From Cyanophyceae cyanobacterium (GTDB taxonomy: Bacteria; Cyanobacteriota; Cyanobacteriia; Cyanobacteriales; Laspinemataceae), in assembly GCA_038321985.1 (NCBI GenBank), contig JBBQFN010000008.1, positions 32,001 to 96,000 of the forward strand: a stretch of DNA of 64,000 nt, written 5' to 3'. The translations under genes and the position numbers were made by a program. Every line of letters begins with the position of its first letter. The stretch's first letter is position 1. Of this stretch, positions 31,931-41,861 are shown piece after piece. Under the pieces are notes generated by a model. The model saw nothing but the letters and a program-made list of their open reading frames with translations. It had not been told where the DNA came from and did no database searches.

Positions 31931-34042
31931 ATGCCGAAGCAAATTATTATCGCAGAGCAGTATAGAATTGCTGCTGTTTTTTCTGAAGATCAGATTCAGG
32001 AACTCGTCGTCGCCACCGGAACGCACCAAGTCAGTGATATCTATCTGGGTGTGGTTGAAAATGTCCTTCCCGGGATAGATGCCGCCTTTGTTAACATCGG
32101 CGATCCGGACCGCAATGGATTTATTCACGTCACCGACCTGGGGCCTTTACGCTTAAAGCGCTCCTCCGGAGCCATTACTGAGCTATTATCACCCCAGCAA
32201 AAAGTCCTGGTGCAGGTGATGAAGGAACCGACCGGGAATAAGGGACCCCGCTTAACCGGGAATATTACCCTCCCCGGTCGCTATTTGGTCCTGATGCCAT
32301 TCGGTCGCGGGGTCAATCTCTCTCGGCGAATCCGTACGGAAGCAGAACGCAATCGTCTCCGGGCCTTAGCCATTTTAATCAAGCCTGCGGGTATGGGACT
32401 CTTAGTCCGAACCGAAGCCGAAGGGGTGGGCGAAGAGGCCATTTTAGAAGATTTAGAATTTCTCCAAAAACAATGGGAGGATGTCCAGCGCGAAGCGGCT
32501 GCGATCCGTCCTCCGGCCTTGTTAAATCGAGATGATGATTTTATTCAGCGCGTGCTGCGGGATATGTACAGCGCTGATGTAAATCGAATTGTGGTAGATG
32601 CCACAACTGGGGTTAAGCGAGTTAAACAACAGTTAATGATTTGGAGTGGGGGTAAAACTCCTCCCGGGGTGTTAATTGATGAACACCGCGAACGCACTCC
32701 GATTTTGGAATATTTCCGGGTGAATGCAGCGATTCGGGAAGCGCTAAAACCGAGAGTAGATTTACCGTCGGGGGGTTACATTATTATCCAGCCGACGGAA
32801 GCTCTAACGGTGATTGATGTCAACTCTGGATCATTTACGCGATCGGCGACTTCTCGGGAAACGGTGTTATGGACGAACTGTGAAGCTGCAACGGAAATCG
32901 CCCGTCAACTCCGGTTACGGAATATAGCCGGGGTGATTATTGTCGATTTCATTGATATGGACTCCCGCCGCGACCAATTGCAGGTTCTGGAACATTTCAA
33001 TAAGGCCCTGAAAGCGGATAAAAATAGACCTCAAATTGCTCAACTGTCTGAGCTAGGGTTGGTTGAACTGACCCGCAAGCGCCAAGGTCAGAATGTCTAT
33101 GAGCTGTTTAGTCGCTCCTGCGCCACTTGTGGTGGATCGGGCCATCATGTGCATCTCCCTGGAGAAGGAGATACTCATCCCGAACTGAGCCAGCCGCTTA
33201 TCCCAGATGTGAGCGATCGCCTAGTCGTACCCTCCCCCATTAAAGAAAGTCGCGTACAAGTGGAACCCACCGTCCGCGATATCCCTGACTATGAGCCAAC
33301 AACAGAGATGTCCGAGTTGGATCTGCTCAATCATCCCAGCTATCAAGAATTGGGTCCCGGAGGCCCACGCCGCCGCCGTCGTCGTCGCTTAGAAACTGGC
33401 GAAGCCGAGGTAACGGAGGAAACGGTGAAAACCGCAGCGGTTCGCAGTACCTCGCCAATCCTACCGGCGACGCGAGAACCGAAACCGGAATGGACGGAAC
33501 CGGAACCTTATGTGGCTGCACCCGCTTATTCCCTGCCGAATGAGCGAGATATGCGATCGACATCGAAGGAAGAACGTCCCGAGCGCTCAGAACGGGGTCG
33601 GCGTTTTCGCGATTACGAGAAGGTGAACGAACCGGCAGAAATGATTCACGTTGAAATGACGACGGAGGAGCAAGATGTCTATGCGCTGATGGGGATTTCT
33701 CCGTTGGTACTCCGTGAAAGCGAGGTGAAACCTTCCAAATCAGCAGTTATTTCGGTGACGGAACCGGGAGAGTCAGTTTCTTTACCGGAACAGGTTTTTA
33801 CCGATGAAGAACCGATGGAAGAGGCGGATGTAGAGGAGGAATCTCCACAGGAAGAATTCCCACAGGAGGAATTTCCACAGGAGGAGGAATCTCCACAGGA
33901 GGAGGAATTTACTCCCGTTAATCATGCTGATCCTGATGATGGCGAAGACATTTCCGCTTCAGATGAGGATGACGGGGAGGACAATTCGGCAGCGATCGCC
34001 ACTCGTCGTCGTCGCCGTCGTTCTTCTGCGGCAGAAGGTTAG
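31931..34042 (+). CDS. rne: Ribonuclease E
   Basis: S1 domain, VIDVNSG and IIVDFIDM motifs, CxxC Zn link, Arg-rich C-terminal RRRRRRSSA. Confidence 0.97.
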   Translation: MPKQIIIAEQYRIAAVFSEDQIQELVVATGTHQVSDIYLGVVENVLPGIDAAFVNIGDPDRNGFIHVTDLGPLRLKRSSGAITELLSPQQKVLVQVMKEPTGNKGPRLTGNITLPGRYLVLMPFGRGVNLSRRIRTEAERNRLRALAILIKPAGMGLLVRTEAEGVGEEAILEDLEFLQKQWEDVQREAAAIRPPALLNRDDDFIQRVLRDMYSADVNRIVVDATTGVKRVKQQLMIWSGGKTPPGVLIDEHRERTPILEYFRVNAAIREALKPRVDLPSGGYIIIQPTEALTVIDVNSGSFTRSATSRETVLWTNCEAATEIARQLRLRNIAGVIIVDFIDMDSRRDQLQVLEHFNKALKADKNRPQIAQLSELGLVELTRKRQGQNVYELFSRSCATCGGSGHHVHLPGEGDTHPELSQPLIPDVSDRLVVPSPIKESRVQVEPTVRDIPDYEPTTEMSELDLLNHPSYQELGPGGPRRRRRRRLETGEAEVTEETVKTAAVRSTSPILPATREPKPEWTEPEPYVAAPAYSLPNERDMRSTSKEERPERSERGRRFRDYEKVNEPAEMIHVEMTTEEQDVYALMGISPLVLRESEVKPSKSAVISVTEPGESVSLPEQVFTDEEPMEEADVEEESPQEEFPQEEFPQEEESPQEEEFTPVNHADPDDGEDISASDEDDGEDNSAAIATRRRRRRSSAAEG
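33833..33910 (+). repeat. 15-18-bp in-frame tandem repeat in the RNase E disordered tail
   Basis: Encodes EEESPQ-EEFPQ-EEFPQ-EEESPQ-EEEF. Confidence 0.85.
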
Positions 34043-34058
34043 TTAGATGTGAAACAAA

Positions 34059-34105
34059 ATTGTCCTTGGGGGGTTATTCCACTTCTCCAAGGACAATCTT
34101 TTTGT
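34059..34105 (+). terminator. Hairpin between rne and rnhB
   Basis: ATTGTCCTTGG / CCAAGGACAAT arms followed by a T-rich tract. Confidence 0.55.
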
Positions 34106-34130
34106 TTAAATTTTGTTCAAACCCCAATAG

Positions 34131-34808
34131 TTGTTTACCCCCAACAAAATCGTGCCGTTAAATGTGCCGCAACAGCTTAGTCTCTGGGATGTCTCAAATA
34201 ACAGCAAAAATCCAGAAAAAACACCTCCAAATGACCGCATTGCTGGAGTAGATGAAGTGGGACGGGGTTGTTTATTTGGTCCGGTGGTTGCAGGTGCGGT
34301 GATTTTGTCCGATGAGGCAGCGGTACTTTTGAAGGCAGCCGGGGTAACGGATAGTAAGAAGCTATCTCATAACCAACGCTGTCGGTTAGCAAAACTGATC
34401 CGGGAGGAGGCAATCGCCTATGCAATTGGCATGGCATCGGTCCAAGAAATCGATCGCCTGAATATTTTACAAGCCTCTCTATTAGCGATGAAACGGTCCG
34501 TTAATAAACTGCAAGTTAAACCGGAGTTTTGTTTAATTGACGGCAATCAGGGCATTCCTAATTTAGGAATTCCCCAAGAAACGATGATTAAAGGAGATAG
34601 CAATTCCTTAGTGATTGCCGCTGCCAGTATTTTGGCAAAAGTCTGGCGCGATGAGTTAATTGTGCGCTTGGCGAAGAAATATCCGGAGTATGATTTGACA
34701 AGTAATAAAGGTTATGGTACTGCGAAACATACTCAGGCATTGCAAGAGTATGGGGTATCTCGACAACATAGGCGATCGTTTGCACCTTGTCGGATAGGGG
34801 AAATTTGA
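34131..34808 (+). CDS. rnhB: Ribonuclease HII
   Basis: IAGVDEVGRG, DSKKL, IAAASILAKV and KGYGT motifs. Confidence 0.97.
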   Translation: MFTPNKIVPLNVPQQLSLWDVSNNSKNPEKTPPNDRIAGVDEVGRGCLFGPVVAGAVILSDEAAVLLKAAGVTDSKKLSHNQRCRLAKLIREEAIAYAIGMASVQEIDRLNILQASLLAMKRSVNKLQVKPEFCLIDGNQGIPNLGIPQETMIKGDSNSLVIAAASILAKVWRDELIVRLAKKYPEYDLTSNKGYGTAKHTQALQEYGVSRQHRRSFAPCRIGEI

Positions 34809-34819
34809 AGGGTTCGGTT

Positions 34820-37183
34820 TTATTGGGATTGGCGTTTTTCTATTTTGCGTTTTTCTATTTCTGCGATCGGTAACAGCAAAGTCTCCTCAATCTCCTCCCG
34901 CACCTCCCTGGAAACATAGCAATCACTGTTGAGGCATTGTAATAGTAATACATTAGACTCGTAATACTCGCTCAGTGCCCCTATTTGTACAACATCTAAC
35001 TGCCAATTATGGCCAATATCGCGGTACTTAATCATTATTTTTCTTAATTTTTCTATCCAAGAGTTTCGCTGCTCTAGCCAGGATTGATTGAACTCTTCTT
35101 CGGTTTGATGGGGGTTTGGTAATTCCTTTTTTAATTTCATAAGTTCGCGCTTCATTTCAATATTTACTGGATAAAATTTACAAAAACGATCTAAGTCTTT
35201 GTGAATAATATTATTGGGTGAAAAACTTTGCGTATATTCAAACTCAATCAATTCTTTGCAGGCTTTATCAATTGAAAGGTCGTAATTATCTGGATAATCT
35301 ATATAAAAATCTACATATATATTAGGCAAGATTAATTCATATAACTCCATGTAGTCATCACGCAATAAAATACCGAATTGATATTGGCATTCAAAACAAA
35401 AGTAACAAGCTCGACGTCTTAATTTATCTATTCGGTTAGTTCCGGTAAATCCATTAAGAGATTTTTTATTCAGCCAAGTCAAAAATTCTTGTATATTTTC
35501 ATCCTTGTTTAATTCGTCAATTTTGTTTTTCATTAAATTAAACAAATTATCTGCGCTAGGAGACATTTCAACGGCAAGCATAAAAACTTCACGCCACCGT
35601 ATATCATCAAGTAGGTGATTTACTAGATTATGCAATGCATTGGAGGAGGGTTGTTGATTAATAATAATTTCTCTAGCTGTGAAGTATTCATGAAATGTCA
35701 GATGAGAAAATGAATAAATCCCTTTTGCACGTTCTATTAGTAGCCCATGTTGCGCTTCAATCGAGTTCAAAACTACCTTACTATCCACTTGTAGCGCTTC
35801 CTCTTCTGTGCTGGCACCCGGTAAATTTCTTATGTACTGTGTAATGTAGCGTTCTGCTTCTTTTTGCTTAAAGAAATAATCCCCTGCTTCAAAGGTAGTC
35901 AAAGCAATTTTACTGAGTAAATCTTCCTTACGCTGCGGTGACAGCTTTTTATAAACTTGGTCTCGATCAATTCCTCGTTTAGCATCCCATTTTTTCAGCA
36001 GTACATCCAAACCTTCCTTATAAAGCTCAGAACGATTAGCTGGAAAATTTCCAGTTTCTTCAAAAGTCAAACATAGGAGGGTCAGTAGTAAGGGATTTGT
36101 AGCAAGTTCCTGTATTCGGTCATTGTCTAGAAGTGAATTTATAAACTTCTCAGGTTTTACCGATTTATCTTTGAACCACTTAGTTGCAAAATTAGAAATT
36201 TGGGTAAAGTCAAAATCAGCAATTTCAACTTCGGTAAACTTTTCAAAAGTATATTCTCGGGCTGCAATTCGACAGGTCATTATAAAATGATTCTCTCGAA
36301 ACTGGTGTGAACAATCCCGAATCTCTTTTAAAATTCTCTTGCTATCTTCTTCTCGAACTTCATCTAACCCATCAAGTAAGACTAAAGCCTTGCCCTGTTG
36401 AAAAATCTCTTGTAAAAATAAATCTCTATTAAATTGAGCGATATATTCTAGCAAATTGGGTTGGTTGGCAGCTTCGGCAAAGTCTTTAAGGGTGATAAAA
36501 ATTGGGAGGCGATGGCCTAAAATTTTACCCTCAATGCACTGAATCGCCAGATATTTCAAAAACGTGGTTTTTCCTGCTCCTGGCTTACCTAAAATTGTCA
36601 GCTTAGAATATTTCTCAACTGCTTTTAATCCGGGTACTCGTTCTTCTGTTCTTTTGCCCAGTCCAAAGCGTTCCCAGTCATAGGCGTTACAGTCTTGCAA
36701 TAACTCAGCAATTGGTTTGCGTCTGCGCCCAGTAATGGTTTCCAGAATATTGACATGGGTGTAGATATCATCTAACCCGATCGGGTGGTTCATATCCAGG
36801 ACTCTCATGGTGCCGCATCTTTCTTGAATGTCGGCGCGGACCATTTCGCGTGCTTGTTGTACCAGGAACTCGATATTGATCGCAGGTTTAGAAGCATCAG
36901 GATTTGTAGAAGCCTGAAATTTCTGATACTCCTTACTCAAAAAATAGTATAATTCTTGGGCTTTCCCTGGCCCGTTACCTTCAATGGTTAACTTTGCGCT
37001 CAACTTGCTATAGACTCCTGTCATTCGATTTCGCACAGCACTCTCAGAGATATGGAGACTCTCGGCAATTTTCCAATCCTCCTGATTGCTACTAAAGCGT
37101 GCTACAAACACCTCCTGCTGTTTCTCAGTCAACTTATAGTCCGTTGCCAGTTTAGTCAGAAAAACACTAGGTAGAGGGTCCAT
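34820..37183 (-). CDS. NACHT NTPase with N-terminal LuxR/sigma-region-4-like HTH and C-terminal helical domain
   Basis: LTEKQQEVF...IAESLHISESAVRNRMTGVYSKL HTH, GKPGAGKTT, LLDGLDEV, NPLLL and FSHLTFHEYFTA motifs; ATG at 37183 preferred to TTG at 37198. Confidence 0.9.
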   Translation of the reverse strand: MDPLPSVFLTKLATDYKLTEKQQEVFVARFSSNQEDWKIAESLHISESAVRNRMTGVYSKLSAKLTIEGNGPGKAQELYYFLSKEYQKFQASTNPDASKPAINIEFLVQQAREMVRADIQERCGTMRVLDMNHPIGLDDIYTHVNILETITGRRRKPIAELLQDCNAYDWERFGLGKRTEERVPGLKAVEKYSKLTILGKPGAGKTTFLKYLAIQCIEGKILGHRLPIFITLKDFAEAANQPNLLEYIAQFNRDLFLQEIFQQGKALVLLDGLDEVREEDSKRILKEIRDCSHQFRENHFIMTCRIAAREYTFEKFTEVEIADFDFTQISNFATKWFKDKSVKPEKFINSLLDNDRIQELATNPLLLTLLCLTFEETGNFPANRSELYKEGLDVLLKKWDAKRGIDRDQVYKKLSPQRKEDLLSKIALTTFEAGDYFFKQKEAERYITQYIRNLPGASTEEEALQVDSKVVLNSIEAQHGLLIERAKGIYSFSHLTFHEYFTAREIIINQQPSSNALHNLVNHLLDDIRWREVFMLAVEMSPSADNLFNLMKNKIDELNKDENIQEFLTWLNKKSLNGFTGTNRIDKLRRRACYFCFECQYQFGILLRDDYMELYELILPNIYVDFYIDYPDNYDLSIDKACKELIEFEYTQSFSPNNIIHKDLDRFCKFYPVNIEMKRELMKLKKELPNPHQTEEEFNQSWLEQRNSWIEKLRKIMIKYRDIGHNWQLDVVQIGALSEYYESNVLLLQCLNSDCYVSREVREEIEETLLLPIAEIEKRKIEKRQSQ

Positions 37184-37246
37184 TGACAAATTTCTCAATC
37201 ACTTTAAAGCCAGTCTAGCAGAGACTTTTGGCGAAAGTCTACCTTG

Positions 37247-37273
37247 ATGTCAGGCAATGTCAGGGTATGTCAG
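37247..37273. promoter_or_regulatory. Three ATGTCAG direct repeats at a 10-bp period (candidate operator)
   Basis: ATGTCAG at 37247, 37257 and 37267 in the divergent NACHT/small-ORF promoter. Confidence 0.6.
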
Positions 37274-37343
37274 CCTAAGTTTGAGAGTTAACTCTCAAGT
37301 TGAGTTGCGACAGTGGAGATATCCAATCCATAAGGAAATCCCC

Positions 37344-37553
37344 ATGCACATCAATTTAGTTAACTTGGCGCTGTCTTTCGTTGTCCAGAAGTCGGGCGAG
37401 ATAGTCTTGGAATTATTGTTTAAGAAACTTTGGGAGTGGGTGCTTAGAGATGAGAATCTAAAGCGTCTGTCCACTGCTATCAAACTCAAGATTCTGGTGC
37501 TTTATCTCGACTGGCTTCTGCATAAGTCGAAACCTGAAGAATGGGAGGAGTAA
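37344..37553 (+). CDS. 69-aa amphipathic hypothetical protein divergent from the NACHT gene
   Basis: TAAGGA RBS at 37331, ATG at 37344, followed by a terminator. Confidence 0.7.
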   Translation: MHINLVNLALSFVVQKSGEIVLELLFKKLWEWVLRDENLKRLSTAIKLKILVLYLDWLLHKSKPEEWEE

Positions 37554-37570
37554 CATTGGCTACTCCCTAG

Positions 37571-37618
37571 AAAAAACCCGCGTAGAGATTTCGATGAACT
37601 CAAATGCGCGGGGTTTTT
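37571..37618. terminator. Bidirectional terminator between the small ORF and purM
   Basis: AAAAAACCCGCG...CGCGGGGTTTTT. Confidence 0.7.
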
Positions 37619-37631
37619 CTAGCCTTTAAGC

Positions 37632-38660
37632 CTATGCTTCTGGAATTCCTAGCAATTCCCCATTTCCGGCAATGACTTCACCGATTTGATAGGCCAAAAT
37701 TGCCTGAGATTCAAACCATTGAATTGTTTTTTCGGCTTGATTGGCTGGCACAACTACTACATAACCAATGCCCATATTAAAAGTATTAAACATTTCGGGC
37801 AAGGTGACATTCCCGACTTCAGCTAACCAGTTAAAAATGGGCAGAATCGGCCAACTGTTGGGGTCAATTTGGATGGATAATCCTTCCGGTAAACAACGGG
37901 GGAGGTTTTCTGGTAATCCACCTCCGGTAATATGCGCCATGCCGTGAATTTCTATTCCGGCTTTTCGCGCTGCTAATACGGGTTTAACGTAAAGTTGAGT
38001 GGGGGTGAGCAAGACTTCGCCGACGGATGCGTTGAGGGGTTCCGGTTTGTCTTGCCAATCGATGTTGCCGTCGCTCACAATCTTTCTAACTAAACTAAAT
38101 CCATTACTATGCACTCCGGAACTCGCCAGCCCGATCGCCACATCTCCCACTTGGATTTGCTGACCCGTGAGTAGTTCGCTTTTTTCCACGACTCCCACAC
38201 AAAACCCCGCTAAATCATATTCCCCCGGTTGATAAAATCCGGGCATTTCTGCGGTTTCTCCCCCTAATAGGGCACAACCGGATTGTTTACATCCATCGGT
38301 AATTCCCTGGACTACATTCGCCAGTTGTTCTTGATTGAGTTTTCCAGTGGCTAAATAATCTAAAAAGAATAGAGGTTCGGCACCGGAGGTTAGAACATCA
38401 TTCACACACATTGCTACTAAGTCAATGCCCACAGTATCGTGGCGATCAAGCAACATGGCAAGTTTGAGTTTGGTTCCCACTCCATCGGTCCCCGAGACTA
38501 AGATGGGTTGCTGATATCCGGTGGGTAACTCGAAATAACCGCTAAATCCACCAATCCCCCCAAGGACTTCCGGTCGATGGGTCCCTGTAACCATATTCCG
38601 AATTTTCTGGACAAAGGCTCGACCCGCCTCAACATCCACGCCTGCTTCTCGATAATCCAT
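37632..38660 (-). CDS. purM: Phosphoribosylformylglycinamidine cyclo-ligase
   Basis: [26 protein letters not shown] and HITGGG motifs. Confidence 0.98.
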   Translation of the reverse strand: MDYREAGVDVEAGRAFVQKIRNMVTGTHRPEVLGGIGGFSGYFELPTGYQQPILVSGTDGVGTKLKLAMLLDRHDTVGIDLVAMCVNDVLTSGAEPLFFLDYLATGKLNQEQLANVVQGITDGCKQSGCALLGGETAEMPGFYQPGEYDLAGFCVGVVEKSELLTGQQIQVGDVAIGLASSGVHSNGFSLVRKIVSDGNIDWQDKPEPLNASVGEVLLTPTQLYVKPVLAARKAGIEIHGMAHITGGGLPENLPRCLPEGLSIQIDPNSWPILPIFNWLAEVGNVTLPEMFNTFNMGIGYVVVVPANQAEKTIQWFESQAILAYQIGEVIAGNGELLGIPEA

Positions 38661-39165
38661 GTATCAACCCATCTGAACGGCTATTTCCACCTTGGATATT
38701 CTACAGGGGAGGTAGGACGGATGGATCGCCCTATAAAGGATGTTTCCGGAATTCTTTGGGGCGATCGCCTCTTTGCCTGAATAAAATTTAGCAAGTTTGT
38801 ACATTACAGTTTACAACTCTACACTTGGCAATTGAACACAGCGCAAATTTTGCGTCTTGAGTATAAAGTTTTGATAAAGTATTCTTTTCGCGAAATAAAT
38901 ACCAAATCCTTGGTAGGTATAGTATTAACGAGGATAGACCCCACGGGGCAATTGTAAAGTTTTAATAAAGTTATCCCATTTTTATCGCCCATACCGATCC
39001 CCAAGCTCAAACCTTCGTGATACTCTGTTGCAGTTCAACACACCAACGCAAAAACGTATCGAGTATGAGATAAGGGGTATCGGATCCTAGCGGAGCTGAT
39101 TGATGGCGTCTATGGGCCTAACCCGACTCATCGCTTGTTCTTTACCAGTTCCTCACAGCAAAAGT

Positions 39166-40167
39166 ATGAAGCAAAGATTTTGGTGGACAACAGTTGCGCT
39201 GCTCATGACCGCCTGCGGGACAACCTCAACCAGTCATGCTGAACCTAACAGAGTCGTAGATTTTACCTCCGATCCAGACAAAACCCAGGTGCAGACTGGG
39301 GAGGAAGTCATCACCAAGATTCAACCCCATGAAATCACGGGGAGATCAGCAGCCACCCTGTATGTGCGGAATATTCCAGTATTGACCTTTATTGAGTCGT
39401 CGGAGATTCAGCAGACAAATGCTGTCAAAGCCGATCGCACTCCGGTATCAAAGGAGATCGCCCGGAGTGAGGTGCAGTCAGAGAACCTTATGGATCCAGT
39501 GTTGAGAGCTGAGGCGATCGCCGCCACCCTGAATCAGTTACTACAACGTGCAACCCCCTCAGAAATCACAGTGGACTGGAACGGGGAACTGGACGAGGAA
39601 GAGAACCCCCTCAATGAACGATATCTCATCAAAGTCAACGGTGCAGAACTGGTGGCGATCGACGAGCAAACCCGCCTCCCAGATACGACCAACGACTTAG
39701 CACAAGACGCCATTCAAGTTACGAACCGACTACGCCGCCTGATTGCCAGTGCACCTCCGATCGCCGAGATTGCCAATCGACCCCAACCGAAACCGAAACC
39801 GGAACCCGAACCGCAAACTCTACAAGCTGTCACTCCGGAATATCTTCAATACCAAATCAACGGTTTGGCCTCTTGGTATGGCCCTGGATTTCACGGTCGA
39901 ATGAGTGCCAGTGGGGAAATCTTTGATGAAAATGCTTTAACTGCGGCCCATCTGTATTTGCCCTTTGGGACCCAAGTTAGGGTAACCAACCTTGATAACG
40001 GGAGTTCAGTAGTGGTCAGAATTAACGATCGCGGGCCTTATAGCGGGGGACGGATTATCGATGTCTCAGCGGCCGCAGCGCAGAACCTGGGCATGATTGA
40101 TAGTGGTGTTGCACTTGTGCGTCTGGATATTTTAGGGTCCCCCACTACCTCTTCTGCCGAGTTATAA
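39166..40167 (+). CDS. rlpA: Septal ring lytic transglycosylase RlpA family lipoprotein
   Basis: Signal peptide with LMTAC lipobox-like motif; ASWYGPGFHG, TAAH and VRINDRGP motifs. Confidence 0.92.
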   Translation: MKQRFWWTTVALLMTACGTTSTSHAEPNRVVDFTSDPDKTQVQTGEEVITKIQPHEITGRSAATLYVRNIPVLTFIESSEIQQTNAVKADRTPVSKEIARSEVQSENLMDPVLRAEAIAATLNQLLQRATPSEITVDWNGELDEEENPLNERYLIKVNGAELVAIDEQTRLPDTTNDLAQDAIQVTNRLRRLIASAPPIAEIANRPQPKPKPEPEPQTLQAVTPEYLQYQINGLASWYGPGFHGRMSASGEIFDENALTAAHLYLPFGTQVRVTNLDNGSSVVVRINDRGPYSGGRIIDVSAAAAQNLGMIDSGVALVRLDILGSPTTSSAEL

Positions 40168-40186
40168 AAGGAAGTATGAAGACAGA

Positions 40187-40234
40187 TCCGGTCGCCTCCC
40201 CATCATCCAGGGAAGCGACCGGAATTCGTTTTTG
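40187..40234 (+). terminator. Hairpin after rlpA
   Basis: TCCGGTCGC / GCGACCGGA arms, then a T-tract. Confidence 0.6.
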
Positions 40235-40301
40235 TTAGCGCATTTCCAGGCTCTGCTGAGATAAACTACTTTGCAAAGAGGTTGGTAAGGATCTGGGGGT
40301 T

Positions 40302-41861
40302 GTGGTGCGCCTGTTTACAACGGTTGTTGCGTTGCGCTGTTACTTAGAGCTACAGGGAACGGGTCAGAGTGTAGGTTTGGTGCCTACAATGGGAGCTTTG
40401 CACGCAGGGCATTTGAGTTTAATTCAACGGGCTAGAGCCAGCAATGATATTGTTGTAGTCAGTATTTTTGTCAATCCCCTGCAATTTGGTCCCCATGAGG
40501 ATTTACTCAGATATCCCCGGACTTTAGAGCGCGATCGCCTCCAGTGTGAAAATGCAGGAGTGGATGTGATGTTTGTGCCGAGTCCAGAGGAGATGGGAAT
40601 AGGGGAAGGGACAAAGAATTCTTTAACTCAAGTGATGCCTCCGGAGTCGATGATGTCCGGATTGTGTGGGCGATCGCGTCTCGGTCACTTTCAGGGGGTG
40701 GCGACCATTGTTGCGAAACTCTTCAATGTGGTAGAACCAGACCGGGCGTATTTTGGGCGCAAGGATGCCCAACAACTAGCGATCGTACAGAGGATGGTCA
40801 GGGATTTGAACTTGTCCGTAGAGATTGTCCCCTGCAAGATTGTCCGAGAGACTTCAGGACTAGCGATGAGTTCTCGTAATCAGTATCTCAGTGCTGAGGA
40901 AAAAGACCGGGCGGCAGTGCTGTATCGCAGCTTACAAAAAGCTAGAAAACTTTTTTTCAGGGGTGAGGTAACTTCTAGAGGTATAATTGCTGCGGTTCAA
41001 GCCGAATTGGTGAATGAACCGGACGTTAATTTAGAGTATTGCGAATTGGTGGAACCGACAACCCTCAAACCCATTGAAGTCATAGAATCGGCGGGATTAG
41101 TGGCGATCGCCTCGACGATTGGCAACACCCGCTTAATCGATAATATTATTCTGAAAAACCGCGAACCGATTGTAGCCATAGACGGTCCTGCGGGTGCGGG
41201 AAAATCTACCGTAGCGCGGCGAGTGGCGAAACAACTGGGATTGATGTATTTAGATACAGGGGCCATGTATCGAGCCATTACTTGGCTAGTTCAGGAAAAA
41301 GGCATTCCTTTTGACGATGAACCGGCGATCGCAGAAGTGGTGAGTAGGGCCAAGATTGAACTCATCGAGACCAGTCCGGACCCCACAGTTCCGACCCAAG
41401 TTTGGATTGAGGGATGTAACGTTACCCAAGCAATTCGTACTCAATCAGTCACCGCTCATGTTTCCCAAGTTTCTAGCTTAAAAAGCGTGCGACTTCATTT
41501 AGTTAAGCAGCAGCAGCAATTTGGAGAAAAGGGTGGAGTCGTTGCCGAAGGGCGCGATATTGGCACTCATGTTTTCCCTGATGCGGAGTTGAAAATCTTT
41601 TTAACCGCTTCCGTGAGTGAAAGAGCTCGCCGACGTCAACAAGACTTGACAAAATCCGGGGAAGAAGGGATTACCCTTAGTCTGCTGGAAAGCCAAATTG
41701 CACAGCGCGATCGCCTAGATAGCACCCGCAAAATTTCTCCTTTGACAAAAGCAGAAAGTGCCATTGAAATTGATACAGATCATCGGACTATTGATGAAGT
41801 CATCAGTGAAATCGTTAAACACTACTCTGCAACAATTGTAGAATCTAAATCTAAAGAATAA
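40302..41861 (+). CDS. panC/cmk: Bifunctional pantoate-beta-alanine ligase / cytidylate kinase
   Basis: PTMGALHAGH and GLAMSSRN motifs, then AIDGPAGAGKST and EGRDIGT. Confidence 0.97.
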   Translation: MVRLFTTVVALRCYLELQGTGQSVGLVPTMGALHAGHLSLIQRARASNDIVVVSIFVNPLQFGPHEDLLRYPRTLERDRLQCENAGVDVMFVPSPEEMGIGEGTKNSLTQVMPPESMMSGLCGRSRLGHFQGVATIVAKLFNVVEPDRAYFGRKDAQQLAIVQRMVRDLNLSVEIVPCKIVRETSGLAMSSRNQYLSAEEKDRAAVLYRSLQKARKLFFRGEVTSRGIIAAVQAELVNEPDVNLEYCELVEPTTLKPIEVIESAGLVAIASTIGNTRLIDNIILKNREPIVAIDGPAGAGKSTVARRVAKQLGLMYLDTGAMYRAITWLVQEKGIPFDDEPAIAEVVSRAKIELIETSPDPTVPTQVWIEGCNVTQAIRTQSVTAHVSQVSSLKSVRLHLVKQQQQFGEKGGVVAEGRDIGTHVFPDAELKIFLTASVSERARRRQQDLTKSGEEGITLSLLESQIAQRDRLDSTRKISPLTKAESAIEIDTDHRTIDEVISEIVKHYSATIVESKSKE

